Part shown: positions 1 to 13,030 of the stretch, piece by piece
How positions within the stretch are numbered: the first letter of the stretch is position 1
Layout of the letters: every line of letters begins with the position of its first letter
From: Balanoglossus misakiensis
Taxonomy: Eukaryota; Animalia; Hemichordata
Length of the DNA stretch: 64,000 bases
Reading direction: 5' to 3'
NCBI GenBank assembly: GCA_040954595.2
Contig: CM082588.2
Span: 4,652,156 to 4,716,155 of the forward strand
Notes under the pieces: generated by a model
What the model saw: the letters and a program-made list of their open reading frames with translations, nothing else
What the model was told of the DNA's origin: nothing
Databases searched by the model: none
Translations under genes and position numbers: made by a program

Positions 1-836
1 CTGAGTGCGATTTACAGGAATGCCTAACAGAAATGACCCAGACAAAAAACTGTCAATATTCACCGATGAGTCAATTAAGAGAAACCTTTTTCTTATTTGA
101 TGGGTACATGTGTTTCGTGCGTCGGGTGTCTCTCGAGGCATCTAAATGCGATACACTAAGAACTTGCTTTGTTGTGTTCGCTCGAATCTGAATTGGCATT
201 TAACGCAACTCGCTTTTCAAACGAAGCGCTGATGCCTTTCATCGTCCCCGTAAATTGCGATTTAAACCGTACTTTATACCGTAGTATAAAAGATTTGCGA
301 GAAAACTTATTTTCAGCATATTAACTTTGGCTTAAATCACAAGCCGCTGTATTGTAGAGTTTCGTAAAATCCAGACAATTACACTACAATTTGTACGGGG
401 ATGAATATAGCAAATTAGTAATACCATAAGGTGGTGTGGTAACACTGTTTTCTGAGAGAATTATTACCGCCATTACGATCAACAAAATCGTAATCTTAAT
501 AATCCCAATCTTCATTGATTGACTCCAGGATTTCGCGCATCATTCTATAAGATCAAGCGCCGTAACTTTCAGAATTGATTGCGTCAATATTTCATCAAAT
601 TCAAATTTCCTCGCGCTAGTGTTCATGTCATTCTAAAATCCTTCAAATACTAGTACTAGTATGCCATTTGAGTGACACGCTCATAGCACATGCCATGCCT
701 GTATTAAAAACGTAGTCAATCTGTCAATATATCACTACAGCGGCACACTTTAAAAGTAATACACATCAAAATAAATTAATATTTTTGGATATTTAATATT
801 TTATAACTAATATCAATTTCTCTTTTCGCAATATAG

Positions 837-2131
837 AAATAAACACAGCGTACAGTTGCGGGGAGACAACCACAGATTCGTCGGGCTCTATAGAGTCACC
901 CAACTACCCTGGGCCGTACCCCACCGACCTCAACTGCGAAATAAAGATTAAAGGCTCGGCGGGACAGACTGTCTGGCTAAACTTTGACGAGTTCAGTGTA
1001 GGGGATGACGTCGGATCTTGCACTTTTACCGACTGTGTACTGGTAAGATTGTTATCGGTATCTCTCTAGACTTGAAAAGAGTATTGGGGGTGTTCACGAT
1101 ACTGTCAATCAATACAATAAAATATGATACGATACGATACAGTACGGTATACATGTAGTTCAGTATAGGACGACACAACAAACACAACACGACAGAAGAC
1201 AACACAATGCAATGCACTACGCGTATTACAATTTTCACCATAAAACTAACACGACTGGAAACCGTTCTGAATTTTAAATGAAGATGATTTGATTCTTGAG
1301 ATTTATGATATGAGAATATGGTATGGTACGTGACTTCAGTAAAATACGAGCGTAAAGTCTATTTACTTTGATTTGCGACGTTAATATCACAAAGAAATGT
1401 GATCGCTTCAATGTGATAAATGTGTTCACGAAAGAATCGATTAAAAGAGAGAGCATATTAAAGATTATGAAATATTGGGACACAGACCTGTTTATTCCTC
1501 CATCATCTCGGACAGTATTCAAAGGTTTTGGGAAATTCCATTTTAAGCAATTTCTTATAATTCGAAGCATTAAACCGCATTTGATCATTGCTATAAAGAA
1601 TTTCTCAGTTTGTTTTCATGTACTTTATATTAAAATTATTTCATGATGGCGGCATTTTCTGATTTCTTTTCAACGAATGTAAATTAAGATAGGGATGTTG
1701 TTTTTGCATTAAAGTTAAAATGTTCAAAATAAAATACTCGCTGTTTGTCGCCTTTCCTCTTTTACTATAAATGAAAAAGAGAGTAAGCTTAATCATAAAT
1801 ATATTAGTTTTCTCGGTAACCGGAGTTTCTGGGGCCAGTCCCAGAATAAGCTGTTTTAGAAGAAAACAGTATTAGAAAAGCAAATGTTTGATGAAATTGA
1901 ATCATTTGTGTTTCAGTTATTTATCAACTATATGTACTATTTATTGTCGGTTTTTGACAGGTCAATATCTATATCGGCGGCACCTATCAGCGGAATTACA
2001 AATTCTATGGAATTAACAGACCGCCTGTGCCATTCAACACTTTGGCCGAAGACGTGGTCATCAAGTTCACAACAACGTCGACCTTCAACGCCGGACGAGT
2101 GGGATTTCACGCTACCTATGAAATTCGTTGA
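837..2131 (+). CDS. 3' end (last two coding exons) of a CUB-domain protein; 5' part not resolved
   Basis: Exons 837-1042 and 1961-2131 with canonical splice sites read ...YSCGETTTDSSGSIESPNYPGPYPTDLNCEIKIKGSAGQTVWLNFDEFSVGDDVGSCTFTDCVL|VNIYIGG...VVIKFTTTSTFNAGRVGFHATYEIR*. CUB hallmarks CG, SPNYP and GF-x-A-x-Y are present. AATAAA at 2327-2332. Not in the ORF track. Confidence 0.85.
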
Positions 2132-3227
2132 ACATTCTCCTGTTGCAAGCTGCTTAAATATGTTGGTAGTTTACATTCAGAAACTGAATTTAGTACGTGT
2201 TTTAGTCAATTGCGACCACTTTTCATATATGTTTCATATATTATTGATTATTTTACTAAAACGTTATTTTTTCGGGTTGTTTTTATTGTAAGATAGATAT
2301 AATACAAGATCAAGAATTCTATTTTCAATAAAAGTTGAAAACGCACTTACAACATGGCTTGACGCGTGAGGCTCTGTTTCCCCTAACTCAAGATATACCT
2401 TTGCTGCAACAGACAGACAGACAGACAGACGTATGGACGGGGAGACGAACAGGCAGACAGACAGACAGAGACGCCAACGGAAGGTAGATTTGGAAAATCA
2501 TGCAAAGAACAAATGACAACTGAGAAGCCCGCGTTTTGTGTTTACAGCTACTGTCTCTACAAAGAATTCAAATCAATCCCACTGTGATTGATATGCGCCA
2601 TGGTACCTCACTGTCTGGTTGATAAATCGCTCGACAAATATAAAATATACGCAAAAATGGAGAGAGACATATGTGGCTGCTATCCGGTTTCTATTCTGCG
2701 TTAACAAGGACCTGAAGCTTGGTGCCCCGCGGATATCAAAGCAACATTTCCCGGGGACCCAAGGTAGAGATTTTCTGAGAGAGTATAACTGCAGCAGGTT
2801 GCTACGTTCACATGCATGGGAATACCTTGTTTCCAGGAAACATCAAAAGAAAAGAAGGCAGTGTTGGCATGACAACAGCTATGATGTCGTTTCAAGCGCA
2901 AAATTGTGTACAGAGAAGAACTCATCGATCCTTCAAATAGTAGAGCACAGTAAATCAACTGGTGGTCATCAATCAGCCAATCAAAATCTCCCTCGGGCGG
3001 TTTATCAACCAATCAAGTAATCGAAAACCCATGCATCATCCCCCTGAACGCCATCTTTATCCAATCACTCATGCTACGCAATCTCACCGCTAATGACTCG
3101 ACAAATAAGGATGACAAAATTCATTAAATCATGGGTAATTGAGAGAAAAATAGGTGTATGTATACTGTGTAAAGGCGAAAGTCAGGCCACAATTTTGCTA
3201 CATTGCTTGCAGCACTGCCCTGCCTAA

Positions 3228-3349
3228 TACAGTACAGTACAGTACAGTACAGTACAGTACAGTACAGTACAGTACAGTACAGTACAGTACAGTACAGTAC
3301 AGTACAGTACAGTACAGTACAGTATAGTACAGTACAGTACAGTACAGTA
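3228..3349. repeat. (CAGTA)n pentanucleotide microsatellite
   Basis: Direct tandem CAGTA array with a degenerate tail to ~3425. It produces the spurious CTVLY/QYSTV ORFs. Confidence 0.97.
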
Positions 3350-3698
3350 TTGTACAAAGCAGAGCAGCCAATACATTACAGTACAGCACGAAACAGTATA
3401 AAGTATAGAGCAGAGCAATACAGTACGATCTTTTTTCTGGTTGCATCACCGGAGTTTTGTGTAGTGGCCGGTGCACCCGTGGCCATCACCAGCACCAATA
3501 CATGAGCGCCACATATATACTGCACTCCTTGTGACCCTGTGACGTAGACGTCACACGTACTCGTTTTAAATACAAACAACACGGTCGTGGCATATATATA
3601 TAGTGGGCAGTCAGTGTTTTGTTAATACACTTCGGGATCAGGGATCTGCACTACACACAATTAAACAGCTGTAGTTGATCGTCAGAACCCCACAGACC

Positions 3699-6600
3699 AT
3701 GGAGATACTCGGCCTGTCTTTGACGTGGTGGTTAATAATTCTGTTCCTCACCTTGCTTTATGTGTAAGTATCAATTAAGAGGTGTTTTTACAGCCCATAT
3801 TCATTTGGATGCCATGTTGACATTGGAACTAATAATAGTACATTGCGTCACTGACCGTGACATGACTCCCCGAAGAAACCGACTGCACGGTAGACGTTCA
3901 GTCGAGGGTTTGTTCATAGCTGCGGGAACGCAGCTGTATCGTGTGTGAGGGATATGCCGATCAGCATACCCCCCCTCCCCACGGTACACCTGCGTTCCAC
4001 AGCTAATATAATATAATATAAGTATTGATGCCATTTTAACAAATACCACGGTTACCATAGTTGCAACAGTCAGAAAGGACGTTCACCTCACGCAGGTAAC
4101 GCGTACGTATTTACTGTTCAATGATATTATGTTCGTATACTAAGCATAGACGCTCGCATTATATATTGCTTGAGAAGTCTATCGGGGGTCAACATTTACA
4201 ACCTGTTAGTCTAATACAAGCAGCATTTTGCATACATAACACACTGACCTTGGGTGCAGCAAGGATTTTTCTGCTGTACTGTGAAGGTATACTCCTTTTA
4301 CACCTGGCTAGGAGTCGACGCCCACCCTTTAAGTAGATAAATAAATGAAAAATATTAGTCATTCCGATAAGTTCAGCAACTTCGTTTTTTGCAGGTATGG
4401 GACTTGGACCTATTCAACCTTCAGCAGTGAAGGCATACCTGGTCCTAAACCCTCGCCACTTATTGGATCATTCTTCACTTTGGTGAAGGTGAGTATTTTA
4501 CAGAACCCTACGGGCCATTTTAAATAAAATTATTAAATATGCCATATAAAATAACAATCGTACTCATGCACTCCTTTTCAGGATTTTCCCCAAAAGCTGT
4601 TGGACTTCAACCGAGAATATGGCAAAGTGTATGGGTAAGTAGAACCATAATCCCACCCTTGAAAAAAAATATAATTCTGACTAGACGTATATCTACGGCG
4701 GTTTCTGCTGTATTCCCACTCATGCGCAGTGGTCACACACAGGGGTTCTGTTATGTAAAAGAAAACAAAGTCAAACCTGTATATTGTGGCCAGTCAAGGG
4801 ACTTTCTTAAACTAGCCTTTATAGACAAGTGGCCGTTTCAGACAAGTCCTTTAATGCATATTTAAATTGTTTTTTTTTTCTCAATATTTTTAATACAGGA
4901 TTTATTCAGGCAGAAAACCAGTTTTGGTGATATCGGATTTAGATATGTTGAAGCAGATTATGGTGAAGCAGTTCAACCACTTTCCTATTAGACGGGTAAG
5001 AATTTTGGTCAACGATGGTTATAATAATTACATGCAAGTAACATAGTTATTTATCGCCCTCTATGTTGATTTAAGTTTACTGGTAGACTTGTCAACAACA
5101 CTTCTGATGGTAAACACGAAGGTTGTATAGACGAGAAAACATAGTTGTGGCCAATTTAACTGTTTTGGCAAAGCAGTACAGTACAACTGTTGTAAATACA
5201 CTAAACTACATTCCCTTGCCATTGGTAGATTTCCCCAGAATCGCTTGCCACTTTTCGGTCTAAACATTGACTCTTTTTTATCCAGAAATTTCCCATGAAG
5301 ATGGGACCACTGTCAAGTGGCATTACAGAGCTTTATGGACCAGAATGGAAGTACACTCGAAATGTTCTCACGCCGGCATTCAGCGGTTCCAAGATGAGGA
5401 AGGTGAGCGGAACAAGCCTATACTTTTATGCACATTGAATAATATTTTAGCAAACTAGTTATTTAAGTATTTTATGTCACCTGATGGCTATTATTATGTA
5501 TACGATGGTAAAAACTAACTTTATTATATTCTTGTCCTTGTTGAATATCCTTGTGGCAGATATTAGTTGCATTAAACGGATGTGCTGATAAAATGATTAA
5601 CAATTTGAGGAAACATGCTGACGATGGTACAGAGGTCGACATGAAAAAGTAGGTGGGATGTTTTCGCATATTTCTTTATGATAACAATTCTAGCTGTGTA
5701 GTTTGATGCATGGTGCCACGCTTATGTCACTACATCTGATATTGCATTTCTTTACACAGAAAATACTGCACTACTTCTTAACTGACATTGTGAAAAAAGT
5801 CTGAGCTAACAACCCCTGCTGTAATAATGATGGCATTTTTACATTGGTTTCAGCACGTTTGACTGTTTTGGCATGGACTGCATTGCAACTGCGGCGTTTG
5901 GTCTGGATGTAGATTCTCAGAGCGACCCTGATGATCCCTTTGTTGTCAATGCAAAAGCCGTAATGAACTTCAGCTTGCTTAACCCTGTTTTACTTCTGGT
6001 TGGTGAGTATTGGTGGTCAGTAAATTGATGCTTATTGATGCTGTCCCACAATGCAACTCAATTTAACCAAAATAAAGATTTTTGTCATCTTCAAAGTTCT
6101 CAGTGTGTTTTTCGGCCGCATAAAAAAATTTGAACGTAAAAATAAATAAATAAATAGATAGATAAAAAAAACTATACATCAGTTGTGACCAAGTGGGAGC
6201 GCAATGTCATTGGCGCTATTTGTTATATTTTAAAGTAAGTGCCTTAATTTTCCTACTTTTGTTTCAGTTTTCTTTCCCCAGACTGCGAAAATTTTCGAGA
6301 AGTTGAATATTTCATTGTTTCCAAGGAAACCAACAGATTTCTTCACCAAGGTTACTGAAGAGGCGGTGAAGTTAAGACAGAGTGAGTCTGCAGATATCAA
6401 GGTTTGTACTTCCTTCAAATCACAAATTTTGGTATTTTTTTGTATTAAGTTACTGTTTTGTGTAAAGATAACACTATCAAATAAGCTCAGATAACCTGCT
6501 TAGTGAAAATGTGTGGAAGTTCCAATCACGTATATTTTGATGGCCTTGCACTAGGGTTTGACTTGTATGTCTTTACTCTTTAGCACATTGATTTCCTTCA

Positions 6601-8074
6601 ACTGATGTTGAACGCCCACAAGGAGGAAGACAAAGTTGACCTTCCAGCTGATGAGCAGCTCAAAGATAAAGACATTGGCTACTTTAAGGAACGCGGACTC
6701 ACCAATGACGAAATACTTGGGAATGTGAGTGGAAATTTCAGAGAAAAGATTGAAGGAATGTTGACATTTGTTGGGATAATGAAATTAGAGTTATTAGAGG
6801 CTGCTCTGCAGGTGCATTTTCTTTTCGAAAGTGAAATAATATACTGCACGTTTTAAGTCTACTTTTGGCCAAATTTGAACCCCCCCCCCCACCACCACCA
6901 CCACCATGAAGATGACATATTCCTTGTACAAAGCTAAAAACTGGATCATTATCTTTTGCATGATCTCATTATATTGCAGTCTTTCCTGTTTTTCTTGGCC
7001 GGGTATGTAACCACCAGCGGTTGTCTGGCTGCCACCTCTTATCTGTTGGCCCTCAACCCAGACATACAGACCAAGCTAATCGAGGAAATTGACGCTGTCA
7101 TGAAGGACCACGACCGCCCTGACTACGCGGCTCTGCAGAAGATGCCGTATCTGGACATGGTGGTGAACGAGTCTCTGCGGATTTACCCGCCGGCTATCAA
7201 GACGGACAGAATGTGCCAGGAGAGTTGCACTATCAAGGGCGTGCGCATACCTAAGGATAGACACGTGTTGATCCCGATCTATGCCATACACATGGACCCC
7301 GAGAATTGGCCAGACCCTGAGAAATTTATACCGGAGCGGTAACCTGTACTATTAGGGGGTTTGGGCACAAAAATTGCACCAAAGCTCAAATTTTAGTAAT
7401 TTCAAGAAACAACTATGCTTGGTACACCAAAACAAAAATACTGAAAGAATAGTCAGAATTTACAGATAGTTGAGCTTTAACGCATTACTTTGAACTCATT
7501 TAGGTTCACGAAAGAAGAGAAAGAAAAGCGCCACCCATACGCATGGCTGCCGTTTGGAATGGGTCCCCGCAATTGCATCGGCATGCGGTTTGCTTTGATG
7601 AAAGCAAAGATGGCGCTGGTCAGACTCTTGCTTAACTACACTGTTGAACCCTGCGCCAGCACACAGGTAAGGATGGTGATCTTCAACTCGAGAAATTGTG
7701 TACAAGACACGTGTATAAATCCAATCAGCTATTGTCAACCAAGAAATGTCTATGGACCAATAGTCCTGTGTTTTGATCTATGCTGTGGCAATCATAATGG
7801 ATATAGAGTATTCAATGATTTTATAAAATTTGCGGGCGCCAAATTCTTGATATCCAAAGTTATGAAAAAAAGTTTCATCAAACGAGAGTACCATGGCTTT
7901 AATTGCTTGTCACTGAGATTGGCCTGTTTGTTAATTACAGCTTGTTCATGAAAATAAATTTCCTATTTTCCCCCAAACTAGATTCCACTAAAGATTGGCA
8001 AGAGAGGAACGATCAAAGCTGGCGATGTGATGCTGAAGTTGAAAAACAGAAGCAAACTGAACTCACCGGAGTAG
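3699..8074 (+). CDS. Cytochrome P450, clan 3 (CYP3A/CYP5-like), 12 exons, ~517 aa
   Basis: Exons 3699-3763, 4395-4488, 4582-4634, 4899-4995, 5286-5402, 5560-5648, 5854-6002, 6268-6401, 6584-6724, 6980-7338, 7504-7666, 7982-8074 (1554 nt, open). N-terminal anchor, GIPGPKP, WKYTR, TPAFSGSKM, AGYVTT, ESLR, PERF and heme motif FGMGPRNCIG. Confidence 0.95.
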
Positions 8075-8965
8075 TCGTTGAGGGCACTCTTTTCCAGTCC
8101 AGTCCTCTCGATCGGCAAACGCTTCCCTGTTTTTTCCCTTCAGGACACGACACTCAACATATTATTCAAACCAACAGGACATACCCGACATGCTGAACTT
8201 CAACACCGAGCTCCCACGTGGATTACAAGATTCCAGTCCCCGTCGCTCATGGCCGAGTGCTCCTTGTCTGTTTTCTGTTCGGCTCACGCCTCTTGACTGG
8301 CGTGGCCGAGAATCAAAATCAAAACCCTTACGTAATATTCAAAATACCCAGGTGTACGGCTACTACAGCTAACGCTATGTTAATGACGTACACCCTTATT
8401 GTTCATCCACCACTGATATTTAAATTAGAATCTATGCATTCGTAGTACAATCGTAACATGGGAATGGCAAGTTTGATTGGAATGGTCAATGGATCAGCAC
8501 GCAACTACGATGAAGAGGTGGTCGATTCAAGTTTTTTGATGATTGAATGTAAATTGTTTGACTTGTACCATGTAGCTGAAAGATTTTTATCTCCCGTCTT
8601 TTATTTTTGACTTGGCTGAGCTTTCTTTTCATAAGAGAAATGCAGTGATTTTCAAGAAAGTAAATATTACAACCGTACGTGGCTTTATTTCGAAAATACT
8701 GAAATGAAACATAAAGGTGATGTGCAGATTTGTGCGTAAATGATATCCCCTCTCGTCTCGTAATTTTTGTACTTGCTGAATATTGTACAAGTTTCCCGTC
8801 ATTCAGGTGAGAAATTGTCGTCTGGTGAATGATAAAAAAATCAAGAGAAACACGTCTGAATCATGACGTATTTTATCATGTAATTTTTTATCATGTAAAG
8901 GTTGATGTTGGAACCCCTCCACCCCAATCCGTACTCTGTCAATCACCATTTGTCTCTGTGAAAAC

Positions 8966-11900
8966 TCAATCCAATAGGCTGGCAAGAATTCTTCTCTGCG
9001 AATTGGTGTCGTGTACTCCAAGCCGGGCATGCGCAGTTCTCAGATTGTCCACGATGAGCACGTCACCCTGTTGCCAATGGAAACCAACCGCTCTCTTCCA
9101 CTGGACCCTCCTCATCCCGGCTATCTCCTCCTCCGTGAATTCCTCCCCGTCGCCATAGGCAGTGTGGAAGGGATACTGAGCGAGAAATTGCAATGTGAGA
9201 AATAAAATGAAAGTCAGTCATCGTCAACGAGGGAAGGATGTCGGGTTCGCAGAAATCAGTCCAAACGACACGGAGAACGGTGGCCATTTTGAATTTCAAA
9301 TTTGAGACAGTTTTCCTCTCATTCAAAATTTTCCACGGTTACTTCCTGGGGTTGTCGTGTTTTAAGAGAGAATAATGATCTGAAGCTGCCTTAGAGCAAA
9401 CCACGTGAAAAGGTTTAAGACTTGGATATTTCGAGGCGTAAATTAATTACACTACAAGTATATGTGTGTTTTCCGTTGTTAAACTTTGCTTGTAGGCCTA
9501 TGAGTTCAACAGACCCAAGCCAAATATAGATATGGGCTACTTCGTTGTCACGGAGATAACCCTGGATCAGCGAGATGAGATAACAAAGTACAGTGTTGGG
9601 GCGAAGAACGTAATGAGGCTACTCGAAAACCGATACCCATTCTCTGCCGAATGCGTGATCACGAAATTAAACAGGTCGCTGATAAAATATTTATCGTAAA
9701 AATCATCCGATGGGACCATACAGAGAAAATAGGCGTGGCCTGGGTTTCAGACGCGTGATGAAGTATTAGGGGTATACGCATGTGCAACCGGCAAGTAGAA
9801 TTTGAATAAGGCCATACCACAGGTAGTTTTTGTTGGGAGGAGGGGGGGGGGCAACTGAAATGTCAAGATAGCTAAACTACGGGTTTGCGGAAATATCGGA
9901 GTATTCCACATACATTGAAAATAAACTACCGATATTGAAGGAGAATAGAATAGAAGTAGTTTGACTACAAAAATAGTCACAGTTAAAAATGGCACGCATC
10001 ATCCCTACCAAAATAAATTATACCCCACTCTCGAACTAGGCCACATTCTCAGCGGCTGCTTACCTTCGTAGGTTGTCGCTTGTCATGTATGTAGGCTGGG
10101 TGAACGTAGAAGAAGCTGGCGTGGTGGCTGGTGATTTGGTTGAACCATATCGTCTTGCCAGTCACGGGGTGTTCGATGGTCGCCGGCAGTCTGTAGTAGT
10201 AAGTGATGGAGTGATCCTCATTCCATGTGTATTCGTAACCTGTTCAAGGATTAATAAACCAAGTTTGATTCTATATTGTATGAGAGAATAATGTAACGTT
10301 GTTTTTAGCACAATTTGAGAAACAGTTTAAAAGTTTAATTATCGAGACGCATATTACTACCTTAACAGCCGGCAACAACTTCTTTACGAGTAAATCTAAA
10401 GCCAAAAATGACAATACTGTTCTTCAAGAAACACATTTGACAAGTCACTCAAAACGCTTCAATTAAAAGTATTTGTTAATATTTTGGGAATAACCAACCT
10501 TGTCCCCGACAGAAGCTTTCTACTTCCTTCCGGTCTTCTGTCATGAAAATATTCTGCCACGATACATAGTTACTGTACGACTTATCGCATATGTTTCTGT
10601 AGTAGCGAACCCCCTTGCTGTCCAATTTTTCCAAGAGTGCCGAATCGATTTCGTCCAGAACGCCGTCCATGTCTGCGATGGGAGTTTCGCCGCTGTTGTT
10701 TTCTTCAGGAGGTCTCACACAGAAAAATAGCAACTGTCAAATTCGGGAAAAATCACGATATTGTTACTTTCAAATCAGTGGAGGGATTGATCTTGAAGAG
10801 TTAACGTTGATGATATGCAGGACTATGGTAATGTGATGCACAGATGAGTGCATGACATTCAACATTGGACACTGGGATGCCAATCTTATTAAAATCAGAT
10901 GTAGAGCTATGGACTGGATGGAAATTTGTGTAAAATATTAATAAGGGCACTTTCGTCTTCATTCCCGGACAGAGTATTTTAGGATAGAGATATCTGGGCG
11001 ACCGATACCTTGGAAGGGAAATAAGACAAGTTCGCCATTTCTTTATGCAAATCAATGGTGTATTCCAACGGTTCGTCGCTGGCCGTCATCACATTCTTGG
11101 CAACCATGGCTCGCCTGCCGGCACCGCCCCTGTACTTCAGAGTGGGGTATCCCATCACTTGGATGAACGTCCCGAAATCTTCCGCTGTGTGCAGGGGCAG
11201 TCTTCTGAGTAAAATGGCTCCTGTGAGGGAAAAAAAAATTCGCAGTGTCAACTGTCGTGGACAAAAAGTCCAACCCCATTACGGCTACCATAGCTTTCCG
11301 TGTGTCTCTATTGTCCTTCGTTCGCCCAATCTCAGATGTTGAGTTGGTTCCATCTTTATATTTGCTGGTTCTGTATGTATAGAGAGGTGGAGATCTGAGA
11401 ACTAGCAAATGTAAAGATCGAGTCAACTCCACATCTGACTTTATAGCCTCAAGAAAAAAAAATGTTGATCGGACTTCTCCATCCTCTATGGTTGCATTAG
11501 TACTACTTCAATGAATATTTACATTACATGTTTTACATCGTACGATCGCGACGTTATCTCCTTTTAGCTCGCGTGTCAAAACTATAAGATAAGGTCGCAC
11601 CGATTTTGTGTTAGTATATGCATATAATAGACCATTTTCCGCGTTACACGAGACCCTGTGGGATTCTAATCGTCCACTATAAAGCAGTTTATGTGCGAAA
11701 GTGCACAAGTCTCGCGTGATCTCGCAATTAGCGGAAAATCATCTGGTGCCGCATATAAACGACTTTGGTTCTGCATGCTTTCCACAGACGGAGCCAAGAA
11801 AAACCCCAAGAAATTTAAGACAGCTTCAAATCGCTGTTTGATAAATAAGTGCAACAGTTTTGGCTAAATTGGTTACTGATAAAAACTATGATGGCTTTCT

Positions 11901-12459
11901 CTCCAGTTTTCTTTTGGTACATTTAGCTAATTTTAAAGTTAATATCCGAAAACTGAGATGACTTTTTGGCGTTATTCACTATGTTTGCTTGAAAACTGTC
12001 CAGCTTAGACTTTGGCATTTGTTAGATGGTAGCCGATGACCTATATATGTGTGGAAAAGTGAAAGGAGAAGGTCACTGTATTATCAACAGACCTGACCCT
12101 GGCAATAGTGCGTCTATTCGCTCTCTGCAAACTTTAGCCCAGTCTTCGATCTTGTACTTGCATGCATTTGCCTGGTCTTCTGGGAAGAGCACGAGAGGGA
12201 AACTTTCCTTCGGAACGCCAAGATGGGACGGGAAGGCTTCTGTTTCCGCGTCTGGAAGAAATTTCCTCCCAGCCAGCGCACTCGGCGAATACTTGGGCGC
12301 GCCCTTCGCGATCAAGCGCGGCGAGACGTTTGTTGTGTCCGCAGCAAACGTAAGTGTTCGTCTCGCAGTAAACTTGAGGAGCGCCTTGGTGTCGAAATTG
12401 AACTTTTCCGACAGCGGTCCCCTAGGCGACTTCGCCACCAACCTTCTTACAACCAGCAT
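8966..12459 (-). CDS. TauD/TfdA-family Fe(II)/2-oxoglutarate dioxygenase, SyrP/DdaC-like, 5 exons, ~399 aa
   Basis: Exons 12459-12093, 11220-11009, 10733-10499, 10239-10064, 9175-8966 (1200 nt, open). Motifs GAILLR, LHKEM (H-x-E), LLFFC..PP...GETPIAD, HPVTGKTIWFNQ, YGDGEE and WQQGDVLIVDNLRTAHAR. Confidence 0.92.
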
Positions 12460-12718
12460 AGCGGTCCTGAAAGGGCAAAAAAAGTGCAACCCGACAGAGC
12501 CTATATTAAATGCGTGCAGACTGGTTCAAATCCTGATACACTTCTGCACATATATCCCGTCAGACAACATACGTTTATAAGAGTCATGTGACTTCAGCGA
12601 TACCGATTGTTCGGCGGCCCCCAAACTGTGTGTACTACAATGAAGGACAACCAACCCCACTCGAAAGATATATTAAAAACACGATAATTCGCAAGAGAAA
12701 ATTTGCCATAGCTCTCAA

Positions 12719-12752
12719 TTAAACCATAGACAGTCTACTGTCTATGATTTAA
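12719..12752. repeat. Short near-perfect palindrome upstream of the dioxygenase
   Basis: ttaaaccatagacag-tcta-ctgtctatgatttaa; the arms are reverse complements with one mismatch. Confidence 0.7.
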
Positions 12753-12828
12753 CCCACGGCAAATTTGTTTTATTACTTTTTGTCTTACTAACTGGTTCCT
12801 AGTACAAGACGTCACGCACGGCTACATG

Positions 12829-13030
12829 TTAAAGGTATACGGTCACCTTCAATTTACATACGCCCATATATGGCTGAAATGGCGTTACGGTATTTGAGGG
12901 TTCTAAAGAACATATGGTGGCGCTCTTTTTTTCGCGTGTACCACCCACTGAAAATACGTGATTGGCTAGATCTCAAGTTTACCACGGTAAGTGTAGCTAA
13001 ATTTCACCATAGGTGACCGTATACCTTTAA
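12829..13030. mobile_element. MITE, Kolobok-like (TTAA target, AG...CT ends), family 1 copy a
   Basis: TTAA-aggtatacggtcacct ... aggtgaccgtatacct-TTAA perfect TIR. Near-identical copy at 15768-15960. Confidence 0.88.

Noticed and set aside
1-103. Open frame ECDLQECLTEMTQTKNCQY... as an upstream exon of the CUB gene
   Set aside because: Its best donor is phase 2 while the 837 exon needs phase 1. It cannot be joined without an exon I cannot identify.
3124-3505. ORFs with CTVLY / QYSTV repeats
   Set aside because: Translations of the (CAGTA)n microsatellite.
12026-12591. Long + strand ORFs here, and similar ones at 22976-23473 and 42784-43374
   Set aside because: Antisense shadows of real GC-rich exons.
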